From contig NC_057754.1 in assembly GCF_004010195.1 (NCBI RefSeq), positions 12,701,501 through 12,750,790 on the forward strand: a stretch of DNA of 49,290 nucleotides, in the 5' to 3' direction. Positions 23,366 to 34,959 of this stretch are shown here, piece after piece; positions within the stretch are counted from its first letter, which is position 1, and each line of letters opens with the position of its first letter. The stretch comes from Chiloscyllium plagiosum (taxonomy: Eukaryota). The notes under the pieces were generated by a model that searched no databases, was not told the DNA's origin, and worked only from the letters and a program-made list of their open reading frames with translations. Position numbers and translations under genes: made by a program.

Positions 23366-23826
23366 ATTGAGAAATGTCGTAAAGTAGAAAGGGAGATTGC
23401 CCCCTGAATTAATAAATGTTCAAATCACAGGATGAAGGAAAAAAACAATGCAGCCAGATTGGGAATGGTGGGAATCTGAAACCCAAAGCCTGTAATGGTG
23501 GAACAAGCAGATAGCCCCTGAGCAGTTGAGAATTATTGAGATGCACACTTGCATCGCCAACTTCGTTTGAGGCTATGAGCCAAATGTTGGGAAATGAGGC
23601 CTGAACAGTCGGGTTTTTGTCTTCGACAGGTGCAGACTTGATAGGCCGAATGGCACTTTCTGTGCTGGCGACCTCTATGACCAGCTGTGGTGAGCTCAGT
23701 TTGTGAAGTGGAGAGTGTGATGCTGGAAAAGCACAGCAGGTCGGGCAGCATATAGCAGTCAGTTTTAAACAAAAACATGATGAGGATAATGTAAATCTCC
23801 ACCAAGGAATTCATGGGCCTCCTCTT

Positions 23827-24077
23827 TAGATTAGATTACTTATAGTGTGAAAAGAGGCCCTTCGGCCCAAAGAGTCAGCACCGACCCTCCGAAGAGCAAC
23901 CCACCCATACCACTATGGGCAACTTAGCATGGCCAATTCGCTTAAATTTTTGGAATGTTGGAAGAAACCCACGGGGGGAATATGCAAACTCCACACAGAC
24001 AGTTGCCTGAGGCGGAAACTGAACCCGGGTCTCTAGCGTTATGAGGTAGTAGTGCTAACCACTGTGCTATCGTGCCG
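23827..24077 (-). mobile_element. HE1-type V-SINE (internally deleted), between arms of a PLE fold-back (23705-23750 / 24145-24230)
   Basis: (ttaga)n tail, V-domain and head; the flanking arms are mutually inverted. Confidence 0.8.
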
Positions 24078-25682
24078 TTCCGCTCTCATCTTCAGAACAG
24101 ACAACTCCTTTTGCAGCCTTAGGTTAGATAGTGCAGGATTCTCACAGGCTCCTCAGATGCTGCCTGACCTACTGTGCTTTTCCAGCAGCACACTCTCGAC
24201 ATTAATCTCCAGCATCTGCAGTCCTCACATCTGCTTCAGTTTGTGAAGTGACTGGACAATGTTTCCAAAATATACCCGACCCAGGAAGGGGCTGGGGCTG
24301 AACCGATTCGCCTTTGATCTGTCTGTCTGACATTGGGATTGGTGCTAATCGGCATTGTGTACTTTCCTGAAATACTCCTGTGAGAGAATCAGGAAGATGA
24401 GATCCTGGTGCCTCCTTAGCCAGCCGTGTGCAAGCCCAACGCTTCTCATGACCTTGTATCTGACATTCCCTGGCCCTGTTTTACAGGCAAAGATTGACTT
24501 CACGATCTGTCTGTATTTGTATGAAGCAGCTCATTGACCTCGGTGCTGGATGGTCAGAGGGAGCTGGAGGTGAGACTGGGACAGAAGCCGAAAGAGATGA
24601 GACGTGAAAGTGTTAAGTGTTTGCCGTGAGTCAGTTGTTTTTGGTGAGGAATGTATGCCCGACGCTGTCCTGTCAGATTCCCAGAATCCGCAGGGATTGT
24701 GTCGCTGGGTTTTGTGAAATTGGAAGTTACACATGAGCAGCGCGTGGGACTATTTCAGCTCAATTTCCATTTCATATCCCAGCTCATTGCAGCGGTTCTC
24801 ATTGTCTAGAGAAGTGGCTTATGTTACACCTAAAGCTGCCTTTTGTCGGAGAAACTTGTGGACGTGAAGCACATGGAGCGGGTATAATCCTGAGCCCCCT
24901 GACTATTAATGCGAAAGAACTGAGCTGTTTATATTAGCTCTGCATTAAAGGGAAGCCTGTAAGCTCAGTCCGCTTTATGACTGGTTTACGAAATAAAATG
25001 ATACCAATAGCGTGAGATTAATTCTCGCAATGTCTGTGCTTACCATAAGGACTGTAAGACGATGGCGACACTCACATCTCTTTAAATGAAATTTATACCA
25101 CAGTGAGTAGGAATTGACCTGTCGATGTAACACCATTGATATTGTCACCTTTCGCCTTGAACATTTCGCCGCAATCACCGACAAGGAGACTGAGTCAACT
25201 TAATAGGCACTCATCTCTGTCCAAGAAATCCAGCGATAAGACTCATCCTTATTCCCGTTTGAACCCTCTGTCCTTCACAGCTGCACTTCAAAAAGTCTTG
25301 ATCATGTCGATATCAGATTTTCCGACAGAGTTCAAACTACCCAATGAGACAAATCGGAGTCTTTTCCGATTGGTTTAATGACCTGCGCGCGTTTGCAGCA
25401 AATGGAATGAGCTAAACAGCCTATAATATGAAATGAGCCAAACAGCCTATCTCAGAAATTAACCCAGCTCTCTTCACCTCTGTTTCTCTATCCACAGATT
25501 GATAGTCACCTGGGGAAACATTTGTGGCTGCTCGGTTAATAATTTAGGTATTTCCCGAGGACAGAACACTGGACAAAACCAGAAGCTGGACTTTTAGAAT
25601 AAATGCTGGTTTCCTGAACATGGTTTTGCAACTGGATGATGTCCTCAGGATGATGTCCCAATAATGCCTGGTTACTGTCAGT

Positions 25683-25687
25683 AAAAA
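25683..25687 (-). terminator. Pol III terminator (T5) of tRNA-Ile
   Basis: TTTTT on the minus strand, 1 nt after the discriminator base. Confidence 0.85.
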
Positions 25688-25688
25688 C

Positions 25689-25784
25689 TGCTCCAGGTGA
25701 GGATCGAACTCACAACCTCGGCATTTCACGCACTTCGATACGGTCATATAAGTACCACGCGCTGACCGATTGCGCCACTGGAGC
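25689..25784 (-). tRNA. TRNAI-UAU: tRNA-Ile(TAT) with 22-nt intron, apparently intact
   Basis: Exon 1 25784-25747 gctccagtggcgcaatcggtcagcgcgtggtacttata; intron 25746-25725; exon 2 25724-25689 atgccgaggttgtgagttcgatcctcacctggagca; perfect acceptor and T stems, canonical 37/38 intron position. Confidence 0.95.
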
Positions 25785-27278
25785 TACAAGCCATAGCCTT
25801 ACCATTGGGCCTTTCAATCCAATAACTCTATTTTTGCTGTGGTTTTGAAATGACATCTCTCGCAAAGGAGGTAATACTGATAATGAACCACTCAGTACCC
25901 TGTATGGAGCATCAAGTTCAGGTAAGGGACAGAGAAGATGTTGTTTAAAATAGACTTTCTTGAAAAATAATTGTCTGTGGATTCCTGCTTTGATTACAGA
26001 CAAATGTTACATCGCCGCTGTCACAGGGCTTTTCAGTCCATCAGCTTCAATTCTCACAGAATTTGATTCACTGACACTTCACCAATTTCCTTTGGAAAAG
26101 TCTTACAGAAAACATGACCACATGACACACATCGTCAACAATCTTCACCATTTCTACATCCAAGAGCACGTAGCACGATTTTTATAAATACTGAAAATAT
26201 AAGAATATCATACAAGGGTAAACTGAATTTCAGTTTAAATTGCGAAGTAGCAAAAATCCAGAGTAAGATTTAGAATGTCAGAAATTCATGTTTCTTACAG
26301 TGGACAGAACTCCAGCCCAGCAAAGGGAAATCTGTCCCTAAATCTCCAACATCCAAAAGGTTGCTTGCTCTATGTGTTCAGGTGGAAACCTGTGTGAAGG
26401 AGCATGCAGTCTGACAGAGGGCCTGTGAGAATCGTGAGTGTGCTGCTGGAAAAGCACAGCAGGTCAGGCAGCATTCGAGGAGCGTGTGAGAATCCTCCAC
26501 TCTCTGACCTAAAGCTGCAACACAAGTTGTCTATTCCAGTTGGGGGAGCGGAGCGGAGCCGATATTCCGTGGTGGGGATTCATATTGTCCTCATCATACT
26601 ATTGTTTAAAACCCTCTGCTAGAAACAGCACACACACAGTGGAACAGGAGGAGGCCATTCAACCCATCGGCCCTGTCTGACCATTCGATATAGTCATGGC
26701 TGACAGAACAGTTCCATGTCTTTTCCCAGCTCATCCATATCATCCTGTCGCCCACAGAGAAACAGAATTTATCAAGCTGTACCTGAAAACGAAATAGAAA
26801 ATGTGCAAGTGTGGGAGGGAAAAGTTATGTTTCGAGACAGTTGGATTTCTGCACAAACTTTGCAGGTTTTGCGGGTGAGAAACTGATGCTCATTTGATCA
26901 TGCTTCAAACGATGTGATTCCCTCAAACCTTGCCTCGAAAAGTAGAAGAATTCCCTCTGGAACTCCGACAGGAATTGATGACGAATCACTAGAACATCAT
27001 TGATTCATTTCAAAGAACTACAAAAGAAGTGGCAGAGCTGGGACATACAGGACTGAAGGAGGTGATTGTTCCTGCTTTCCTCCCACACCTCTTGATCACT
27101 TCAATTCTAAGAACAAGTGCAGAAGCAAAACACTAAATTTCTGATGTAGAAACAGAAAATGCTGGAAATACTCAGCATATCTGGCAGTTCCTGAAAGTGT
27201 GATAGAGGTCAACACCATCACAACTTGATTGTCCTTACTTTGTATTCACGATAACTAATGTCCAAGTCACAACTTATT

Positions 27279-27562
27279 TAGATTAGATTAGATTACTTAC
27301 AGTTTGGAAACAGGCCCTTCGGCCCATCAAGTCCACACCAACCCGCCAAAGCGCAACCCACCCATACCCCTACATTTACCCCTTACCTAACACTACGGGC
27401 AATTTAGCATGGCCAATTCACCTGACCTGCACATCTTTGGACTGTGGGAGGAAACCGGAGCACCCGGAGGAAACCCACGCAGACACGGGGAGAATGTGCA
27501 AACTCCACACAGTCAGTCGCCTGAGGCGGGAATTGAACCACTGTGCTAACCACTGTGCCACC
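27279..27562 (-). mobile_element. HE1-type V-SINE
   Basis: (ttaga)n tail, V-domain, shortened head. Confidence 0.9.
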
Positions 27563-27868
27563 CATGGTGTCTTAACCTCTCCATTGCTACACCCTTTTAT
27601 TTTGCTATGTGAAACTTTTTGTCAATTAATTCGGCACTGACAGAACAGTCATTTAAACCTGGGTGCTATGAAACATGCTAGAAATGGTCATAGTAGACAA
27701 AATGAGGAGCTATTTGAAGAAATGTGGGTTTCATTCAGGAAAGCTAAAATTGAATTGTCACAGAAAATTGATGAGGTAAAAACAATGACTGCAGATGCTG
27801 GAAACCAGATTCTGGATCTGTGGTGCTGGAAGAGCACAGCAATTCAGGCAGCATCCGAGGACAGGCAA

Positions 27869-27904
27869 AATCGACGTTTCGGGCAAAAGCCCTTCATCAG
27901 GAAT
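27869..27904 (-). ncRNA. Minimal type I hammerhead ribozyme motif, intact core
   Basis: attc-CTGATGA-a-gggc-tttt-gccc-GAAA-cGTC-gatt. Confidence 0.75.
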
Positions 27905-28475
27905 AAAGGCAGAGAGCCTGAAGCNNNNNNNNNNNNNNNNNNNNNNNNNNNNNNNNNNNNNNNNNNNNNNNNNNNNNNNNNNNNNNNNNNNNNNNNNNNN
28001 NNNNNNNNNNNNNNNNNNNNNNNNNNNNNNNNNNNNNNNNNNNNNNNNNNNNNNNNNNNNNNNNNNNNNNNNNNNNNNNNNNNNNNNNNNNNNNNNNNNN
28101 NNNNNNNNNNNNNNNNNNNNNNNNNNNNNNNNNNNNNNNNNNNNNNNNNNNNNNNNNNNNNNNNNNNNNNNNNNNNNNNNNNNNNNNNNNNNNNNNNNNN
28201 NNNNNNNNNNNNNNNNNNNNNNNNNNNNNNNNNNNNNNNNNNNNNNNNNNNNNNNNNNNNNNNNNNNNNNNNNNNNNNNNNNNNNNNNNNNNNNNNNNNN
28301 NNNNNNNNNNNNNNNNNNNNNNNNNNNNNNNNNNNNNNNNNNNNNNNNNNNNNNNNNNNNNNNNNNNNNNNNNNNNNNNNNNNNNNNNNNNNNNNNNNNN
28401 NNNNNNNNNNNNNNNNNNNNNNNNNNNNNNNNNNNNNNNNNNNNNNNNNNNNNNNNNNNNNNNNNNNNNNNNNNN

Positions 28476-28917
28476 CTTCCTTTGTCAGCCATGGCTGTCT
28501 AATCCCTGCCCGGATAATCTCTCTCTTCTTGGGAATGAACCTCTGTACAATGTCCTCAATTTTACCCACAAACTCCTGCCATTTTTGCTCTACTGTCTTC
28601 CCTGCTAGGCTCTGCTTCCAGTCTATTTTCGTCAGTTCCTCTCTCATACCCTCATAATTACTTTTATTTAACTGTAACACCATTACATCCGATTTTGCCT
28701 TCTCTCTTTCAAACTGCATACTGAACTCTACCATATTATGGTCGCTGCTTCCTGAGTGTTCCCTTACTTTAAGATATTTTATAAAGTCTGGTTCATTACA
28801 TAGCACTAAGTCAAGAATAGCCTGCTTCCTAGTGGGCTCCATGAAAAGCTATTCCAAAAAGCCATCCTGTAAGCATTCCATGAATTCCCTTTCTTTGGAT
28901 CTACTGGCAACATTATT
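28476..28917 (-). mobile_element. CR1 ORF2 endonuclease/linker fragment
   Basis: EPTRKQAILDLVLCNEP..GSSDHNMVEF..QPWLTKE (ORF 27844-28842). Confidence 0.92.
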
Positions 28918-29469
28918 TTCTGGATCAGTGGTGCTGGAAGAGCACTGAAGGGCTTTTGCCCGAAACGTCGATTTTGCCTGTCCTCGGATGCTGCCTGAAT
29001 TGCTGTGCTCTTCCAGCACCACTGATCCAGAATCTGGTTTCCAGCATCTGCAGTCATTGTTTTTACCTTACAGAAAATTGATGATCTGTCTCTCGAGTTG
29101 TATTGATGAGGTAAGGAGTATTGAGGCTGATAATCCAAACGATAGGATGAACGTGGATTGGCAAAAGTATTGAGAGCCCTGTGAGCAAAATCTAGATCTG
29201 AAGCAATAAAAGGGAGAGAAACGACGTTGATCATAACTTAGCTGCGTGAAAGGAAGCAGAGGCAACATTAACAGTTGCTTTTTTTTAAACTGGAGGAAGG
29301 TTTCCAGCGAAATCTGATTGAAAGGTAAGGCATAGAAATTCCGGATAGGTTAGTTTGACCCGACGAAATTTTCTGATTTATCCGGGAGACCGACCGTCCC
29401 TCAGTTTCTCTCATTGCTTGGATGACCAGAGGTCTTCCAGTCCCACCCTTTATTCGCTTCTGATCGTGT

Positions 29470-29593
29470 CATGCCGTCAATTGGTTAGGTGAGGTGTTGG
29501 AGCATGCGCATAGTCAGGTGGATTGTGGGTATGCCTCCCGTGAGTGATGGCCGGAAAAAAAATGTCGGTCTCTCCCGTCCACAGGCGGTGAGT
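29470..29593 (+). promoter_or_regulatory. Probable promoter and first exon of the zinc-finger gene
   Basis: Local CpG retention; reverse CCAAT 29480-29484, NRF1-like GCATGCGCA 29502-29510, ETS-like CCGGAA 29551-29556, donor GCG|GTGAGT at 29587/29588. Confidence 0.65.
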
Positions 29594-30429
29594 GAAAGTG
29601 AAAGGGGAGGGCAGCGGACGGAGCTATATTCCGTTTAGAAGGTTTCATGGTTGATCAGTGTAGGGCTGTGCCCCAAACATGGGGTTGCCAGGGCTGCGAT
29701 TTGTGCCACAGGGAGCCTCAGGTTTCTTCCCTGAAACAGGCCCCGGTTAACGGCCGCGATTCTTGGTTCAGTTTTGTTTTTTAAGTATATCGTTTCGCAG
29801 TTTGATTATCTGTCTTTGGTATGAATGGAGCTGAAAACAAAGGTTATTGGGTTAAATCATTGCTGTATTCAGTGAGGACTATGTGAAGTGTGCTGGCGAG
29901 AGACACTTGTGTGTGTCTGTCTCTCTGTGTTAGTGGCTGAGATTAATGGGAAAATGTCCCCGTGTGAACATTTTTGTTACTGGGTTGGCGGTCAATTTGA
30001 AAGAGGCTGAGAGAATGGAGCAGGGAGGGGAGGGAGGCAAGTGAACAAGATGGAGGGGGTTTGGAAAGTGGGGTCGTTTGTTGCCCATCCTCCACCAAAA
30101 AACCCAGCCTATTGTTTCTATTACTGCTCCCCTTCCCAAATCCACCCCGTCCCCAGTATTAATAAACTTCTAAAAATATTTTTTTCTTTCCTTTTGTGAG
30201 AGCATTCAACAATTTGAGAACTGGATTGAAAGCAAGAGACAGAGCAGCCAAAGCACAAGCTTCAAAAATCACTCTGCACCACCTTGATTTGCTGCAGTCC
30301 ATCTAGTAAAAGTGGCTCCCAGATTGCTGTTCGGTGAGGAGTTAGAGGATTTTCATCATCTAAGATAGTGCTGATATCTGTGTCAGTTACAAACATTTGT
30401 TTTTATATCACACCTTTAACAGAATAGAA

Positions 30430-30675
30430 ATATGAAAAACTGGAACAGGAGTTTTTTTTGTGATGTTCAATCCTGTTTCACTATTCAGTATAATCATGGC
30501 TGATCATTCCACCCAGTAGCCTGCTACTACTTTAGAACCATACCCTTTGATCTCTTTAACCCTCAGAACTATAGAACATAGAACAATACAGCGCAGAACA
30601 GGCCCTTCGGCCCTCGATGTTGCACTGACCTGTGAACTATTCTCAGCTCGTCCCCCTACACTATCCCAAAATCAT
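30430..30675 (-). mobile_element. Two CR1 3' tails, one with (atagaac)n
   Basis: atagaacatagaacaatacagcgcagaacaggcccttcggccctcgatgttg is the reverse of the tail at 450-513. Confidence 0.75.
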
Positions 30676-31585
30676 CCAAATTTGCTGATGACATGAAATT
30701 GATTGGAAAGGCAAACTGTGTGGAGAATGTGGGCAGTCTGCAGAGAGATTTTGATAGGTTTAATGAGTGAGCAAGTGTCTGGCAGATGAGGTACAAGGTT
30801 GGTAAATGTCAAGTTTTCCACTTTGAAAGTAAAAATAGTAGGTCAGAGTATTGGTGAAAGATTGCAGCATACTGTTGTGCAGAAGGACCGAGGAGTGCTC
30901 ATATGTGAATCGTTGATTTGCAAGTGCAACAGGTAATCAGGAAGGCACACCAAATATTGGCTTTCATTGCTAGAGGCTTAGAATCTAAGAGCAGGGAAGT
31001 TCTGCAATTGTACAAGGGGTTGGTGAAGCCGCACCTGGAGTGTGGTGCACAATTCTGGTCTCCTTACTTAAAGAAGGATATCCTGGCTTTGGAAGTGGTG
31101 CATAGGAGGTTCGCCAGGTTATTTCTGGAGATGAAAGGTTACCCTATGAGGAGAGGTTGAGCCACCTGGGACTGTACTCACTAGAATTTAGAAGAATGAG
31201 AGGAGATTTTATAAAAACATATAAAATTATGAAAGGGATAGATAAGGTGGAGGTAGGCAAGTTGTTTCCACCAGTGAGTGAGACGTGGGCTGCGGAATAT
31301 GGCCTCAAGATTAGGTGGTGTAGATTTTTGGACAGAAATAAGGAGGAAATGCTTTTTGCAGAGAATAGTGAATCTATGGAATTCTCTGCCCAAGGAAGCA
31401 GTAGAGGCAGCTTCATTAAATATATTCAAGACACAGTTGGAAGGGTTTTGCATGGTAGGGAAATTAAGGGTTATGGAGATAATGCAGGTTGGAGGAGCTG
31501 AGACATTAGATAGATCAGCCATGACCTGAATGAATGGCGGAGCAGGCTCGACGGGCCAATGGCCTACTCCTGCTTCTATTATGAT
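30676..31585 (+). mobile_element. CR1 3' portion (RT FADD motif to 3' UTR)
   Basis: tccaaatttgctgatgac (SKFADD); VKPHLEC.AQFWSPYLKKDI; RMRGDFI; RIVNLWNSLP. Confidence 0.92.
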
Positions 31586-31614
31586 GAGTATGAAACTACT
31601 TCTATGTTATCTGG

Positions 31615-32615
31615 AATGTAGCAACAATGCCTTCCGTTCCTTTGTGCAGATCGTTAATGTATTCCGTGAATAGTTGTGGTCCCAACAGTGAGACCTGCGG
31701 AAGTCTGAGTGACCAGCTGTCATTCTCAAAAACTTCTGACTTTGCCAGTCATCCAATCCTCTACTTGCCACTAACACCATGTTCTTATTTAGCAGCCTGC
31801 TGTAGGTATCTTATAAAAGGCTGGCTGGAAATCCAAATAGACAAAGTCCACTGGCTCTCCTTTGTCTAACTTATTTGTTACCTCAAAGAAATTGAATAGA
31901 TTTGTCAGTCATGACTTCCCTTTCACAAAACCATACTGACCCTGCTCTATTTTACCGTATAGTTCTGCAGTCTTATCTTTAATAAGGGGCTCTAAAAACT
32001 TCCCAACAATTGAGTATCCTGCCTCTGCCTCCCTCCTTTGTTAAACAGGGGTGTTGCATTAGCCATTTTCCAAACATCTGGGACCCTCCCTGATGCCAGT
32101 GATTTCTGAAAGATCACCACCAATTCCTGTACTATCTCCTTCATAAATCTGGGGTTTAGTCCATCTAGTCTTAGTGATTTATCCATCTTCAAACCTATAA
32201 GCCTCCCCAGCACCTTCTCCTTTGTGATGGCCACTACACTCACCTCTGGCCCATATCTCTCAATGTTTGTATGGTGCTGTTATCTTCCATTGTTAAAACT
32301 GATGCAGAGTACCTACTCAGTTCTTCCACTGTTTCTTTGCTCCCTGTTACAGTCTTCTCCAGCTGTCCAATGTCTACTTTTGCTTCTCTGTAGACAAGCT
32401 TTTGCAGCCTTCTTTTGTGTTATGAGCTAGATTACTTTTGTATTTCATTTTATTGCCTCTTATTGCTTCTTTTTGATTATTCTCTGCTGAATTTTAGAGG
32501 CTTCTTAATGCTTGGGCTTGCACTAACCCTCACCACATTGTATGCTTTTCCATTTGCTTCAATGCTATCCCTGACTTCCCTTCTCAGCCATGGTTGCCTC
32601 ATCCTCTCCTTAATA
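31615..32615 (-). mobile_element. Degenerate CR1 ORF2 fragment
   Basis: ORF 31992-32243 LK.DKS..LDG..PR..VPDVWKMANATPLF.KG. Confidence 0.85.
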
Positions 32616-33271
32616 TGTTCAGGTGCGGAGTGAGTCACGGATCTGGACAGTGAAGGGGCAGCATTCGGAAATATAATGTTAGTGTGACTGTTTAGAGGCT
32701 TATGCTCCTTGTGTAAGTGTGTGGGCAGTGCCTCTTGGTGTTTCTAGGCCCTGAGAGTGTCATTAGGGCCAAGGATAATGGCTGCCATTTTTACAGGACA
32801 GCAGGGCACATGTGTGGAGACTATGACGAAGTCCCAATGTTGTGGGTATCTCTCCTAGACTGATAGAGGTAGGTTTGAGAATTTCTATTTATAGGGGGGT
32901 CAGGAAGAGAGTATTTCTGCACAGCAATCTCAAACCCAGGTGATATTTGTCTGTTCTGAATGTCTCTCCTGGGTTGACAGTGATGAATTTTAGATAACCC
33001 TATTTACTATTTTACCATAATTCCTGCTAATCTTGTCTTAATGAGTTTCCACCAATGCCCATTCCTAGAGCCTGTGACAGTCACAGCTTTACTCCTCTTC
33101 TCTTCTGCTTCTCAGATCACAAAGAGCATCAAGTTCTGCTGCATTTTTATTTCCTGATTTCATTCCATGCATTCACTTTCTTTCTGTCATTGTAGATACA
33201 GCCTGACTTGCTGAGTTTTTCCAACATGCTCTGCTTTTTAACTCAGATTTCCAGCTATTATTTTGTTGCAG

Positions 33272-33306
33272 GTGTTTCTTACAGCACTGAGGCTGGAAGC
33301 ACAGAA
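33272..33306 (+). other. Probable non-coding 5' UTR exon of the zinc-finger gene
   Basis: ttattttgttgcag|gtgttt..acagaa|gtaagt: strong acceptor and donor, 35 nt. Confidence 0.55.
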
Positions 33307-33475
33307 GTAAGTGTTACGTACATAAATTGATCCCTGGCCTCCATCGTGAGACCTTTTTTAAATTGAGTTACAATTATCGAGTGATTGCAACAGAAGATAA
33401 TTTAGCCCATCTTGCCTGTGCTGACTATCTAAAAGAGTAGATCAGCTCACTCCACTCCCAAGGCCTTTCATGAAC

Positions 33476-33645
33476 AAGGCCGGCAAATATTGCCAATCTC
33501 CAGTTGCCCATGGTGAAGACGATGATTGAGCTTCTTGAACTGCTGCATTCCATGCAGTGAAGTTCGTCCTAGACTATTGTTAGGTGAGAAGTTACAGGTT
33601 ATTCACCTAGCAGTGATGAAGAAACTGTAATATATGTCCAAATCA
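33476..33645 (-). mobile_element. Degenerate LINE 3' end (tail shared with the SINE at 11445)
   Basis: Reverse complement ..gggcaactggagattggcaatatttgccggcc resembles gggtaattagggacagagcagtaaatgc at 11713-11740. Confidence 0.55.
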
Positions 33646-33900
33646 CAACATTAACTTGTATTTGTTCAGCACCTTCCATTTCCAAGGTGATTGACAGGAA
33701 TGTGAAAAAGCGACATTTGACACGGAGCCACAAAAGGGAATGTTTGGGCGGGTGGCCGAGCATGTTTTTATGGATTCTCTCTCAATTACATTTTGTCTTT
33801 TTAAATCAATTTTACAGGCTAATAGAAGGATTAATTTGGATCAAACATCACATCTGAGTCACTTGATTAATTGTAACCTGAATACCAAGGAATTTCAAAC

Positions 33901-34959
33901 ATGAAAGCAAAAAACACCATTCACAGTGGGGAGAAACCATACACCTGTGTGTGTGGGCGAGGCTTCAGTCGATCATCTGGTCTGTCAAGACACAAATGGA
34001 GTCACAGCAAGGAGAAACCCTGGAAATGTCAGGATTGTGGAAAGGGATTCAGATTCCCATCTGAGCTGGAAACACATTATCGCAGTCACACTGGAGAGAG
34101 ACCTTTCACTTGCCCTGACTGTGGGAAGGGGTTTACAAATTCTTCTGACCTGCATACACACCAACGAGTTCACACTGGGGAGAAACCATTCACCTGCTCT
34201 CAGTGTGGGAAGGGATTCACTCAGTCGTCTGGCCTGCAGATACACCAGCGGGTTCACACTGGGGAGAGGCCATTCACCTGCTCTGTCTGTGGGAAGAGTT
34301 TCACTAATTCTTCTGATCTGCTGAAACACAAGTTGGTTCACACTGGGGAGAGTCGGTTCACCTGTTCAGAGTGTGGAAAAGGATTCACTAATTCTTCCAG
34401 CCTGCGGATACACCAGCGAGTTCACACTGTGGAGAGACCATACACCTGCTCTGAATGTGGGAAGGGATTCACTAATGTTTCCAACCTGCAGATACACCAG
34501 CGAGTTCATACAAATGAGAGACCATTCACCTGCTCTCAGTGTGGGAAGGGATTCAGAGATTCTTCCAACCTGATGTCACATCAACGTGTTCACACTGATG
34601 AGAGACCATTCAGATGCTCCCTATGTGACACGAGGTTTAGTCGTTTATCTGACCTCACTAGACACCAGCGGACTCACACACAGGAGAGACCATTTACCTG
34701 CCCTGAGTGTGGGAAAGGGTTCACTCAGTCATCTGGTCTGCTGATACACCGGCGAATTCACACAGCAGAAAGGCCATTTACCTGCTCTGAGTGTGGGAAG
34801 GGATTCAGTGATTCATCGAACCTTCGCACTCATCAGCGAGTTCACAGTGATGAGAGACCATTCAGATGCTCCCATTGTGTGTCTCGGTTCAAACGTTTAT
34901 TTGAACTCACCAGACACCAGCGGACTCACACGAGGGAGAAACCATTCACCAGACCTTAG
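33901..34959 (+). CDS. Tandem C2H2 zinc-finger protein, 12 fingers, no KRAB/BTB/SCAN domain, single coding exon
   Basis: 352 aa; 11 canonical CxxC-x12-HxxxH fingers plus a first finger with CxC; TGE(K/R)PF-type linkers; acceptor tttacag| at 33817; Kozak-like aaacATGa. Confidence 0.92.
   Translation: MKAKNTIHSGEKPYTCVCGRGFSRSSGLSRHKWSHSKEKPWKCQDCGKGFRFPSELETHYRSHTGERPFTCPDCGKGFTNSSDLHTHQRVHTGEKPFTCSQCGKGFTQSSGLQIHQRVHTGERPFTCSVCGKSFTNSSDLLKHKLVHTGESRFTCSECGKGFTNSSSLRIHQRVHTVERPYTCSECGKGFTNVSNLQIHQRVHTNERPFTCSQCGKGFRDSSNLMSHQRVHTDERPFRCSLCDTRFSRLSDLTRHQRTHTQERPFTCPECGKGFTQSSGLLIHRRIHTAERPFTCSECGKGFSDSSNLRTHQRVHSDERPFRCSHCVSRFKRLFELTRHQRTHTREKPFTRP

Larger units (their letters stand above)
27774..29068. 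mobile_element. Composite element: PLE-pLTR inverted arms enclosing a gap and a CR1 EN fragment
   Basis: Arms 27774-27896 and 28946-29068 (123 bp, one mismatch seen); 15-bp direct repeat acagaaaattgatga at 27760-27774 and 29070-29084. Confidence 0.8.
27640..29310 (+). mobile_element. Very old CR1 RT fragment (27640-27774 plus 29085-29310) split by the composite insertion
   Basis: The two halves read as consecutive decayed RT motifs (..SLT..K.LE.. then ..DEV..DWQK..RKQR..). Confidence 0.5.

Noticed and set aside
25406..25450. aatgagc(t/c)aaacagcctat repeated twice
   Set aside because: Simple local duplication; not an array and no CRISPR-like spacers (eukaryotic DNA, no cas genes)
27668..28657. 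Long ORFs spanning N-runs (also 12810-13568 and 45754-46521)
   Set aside because: Length is an artefact of assembly gaps
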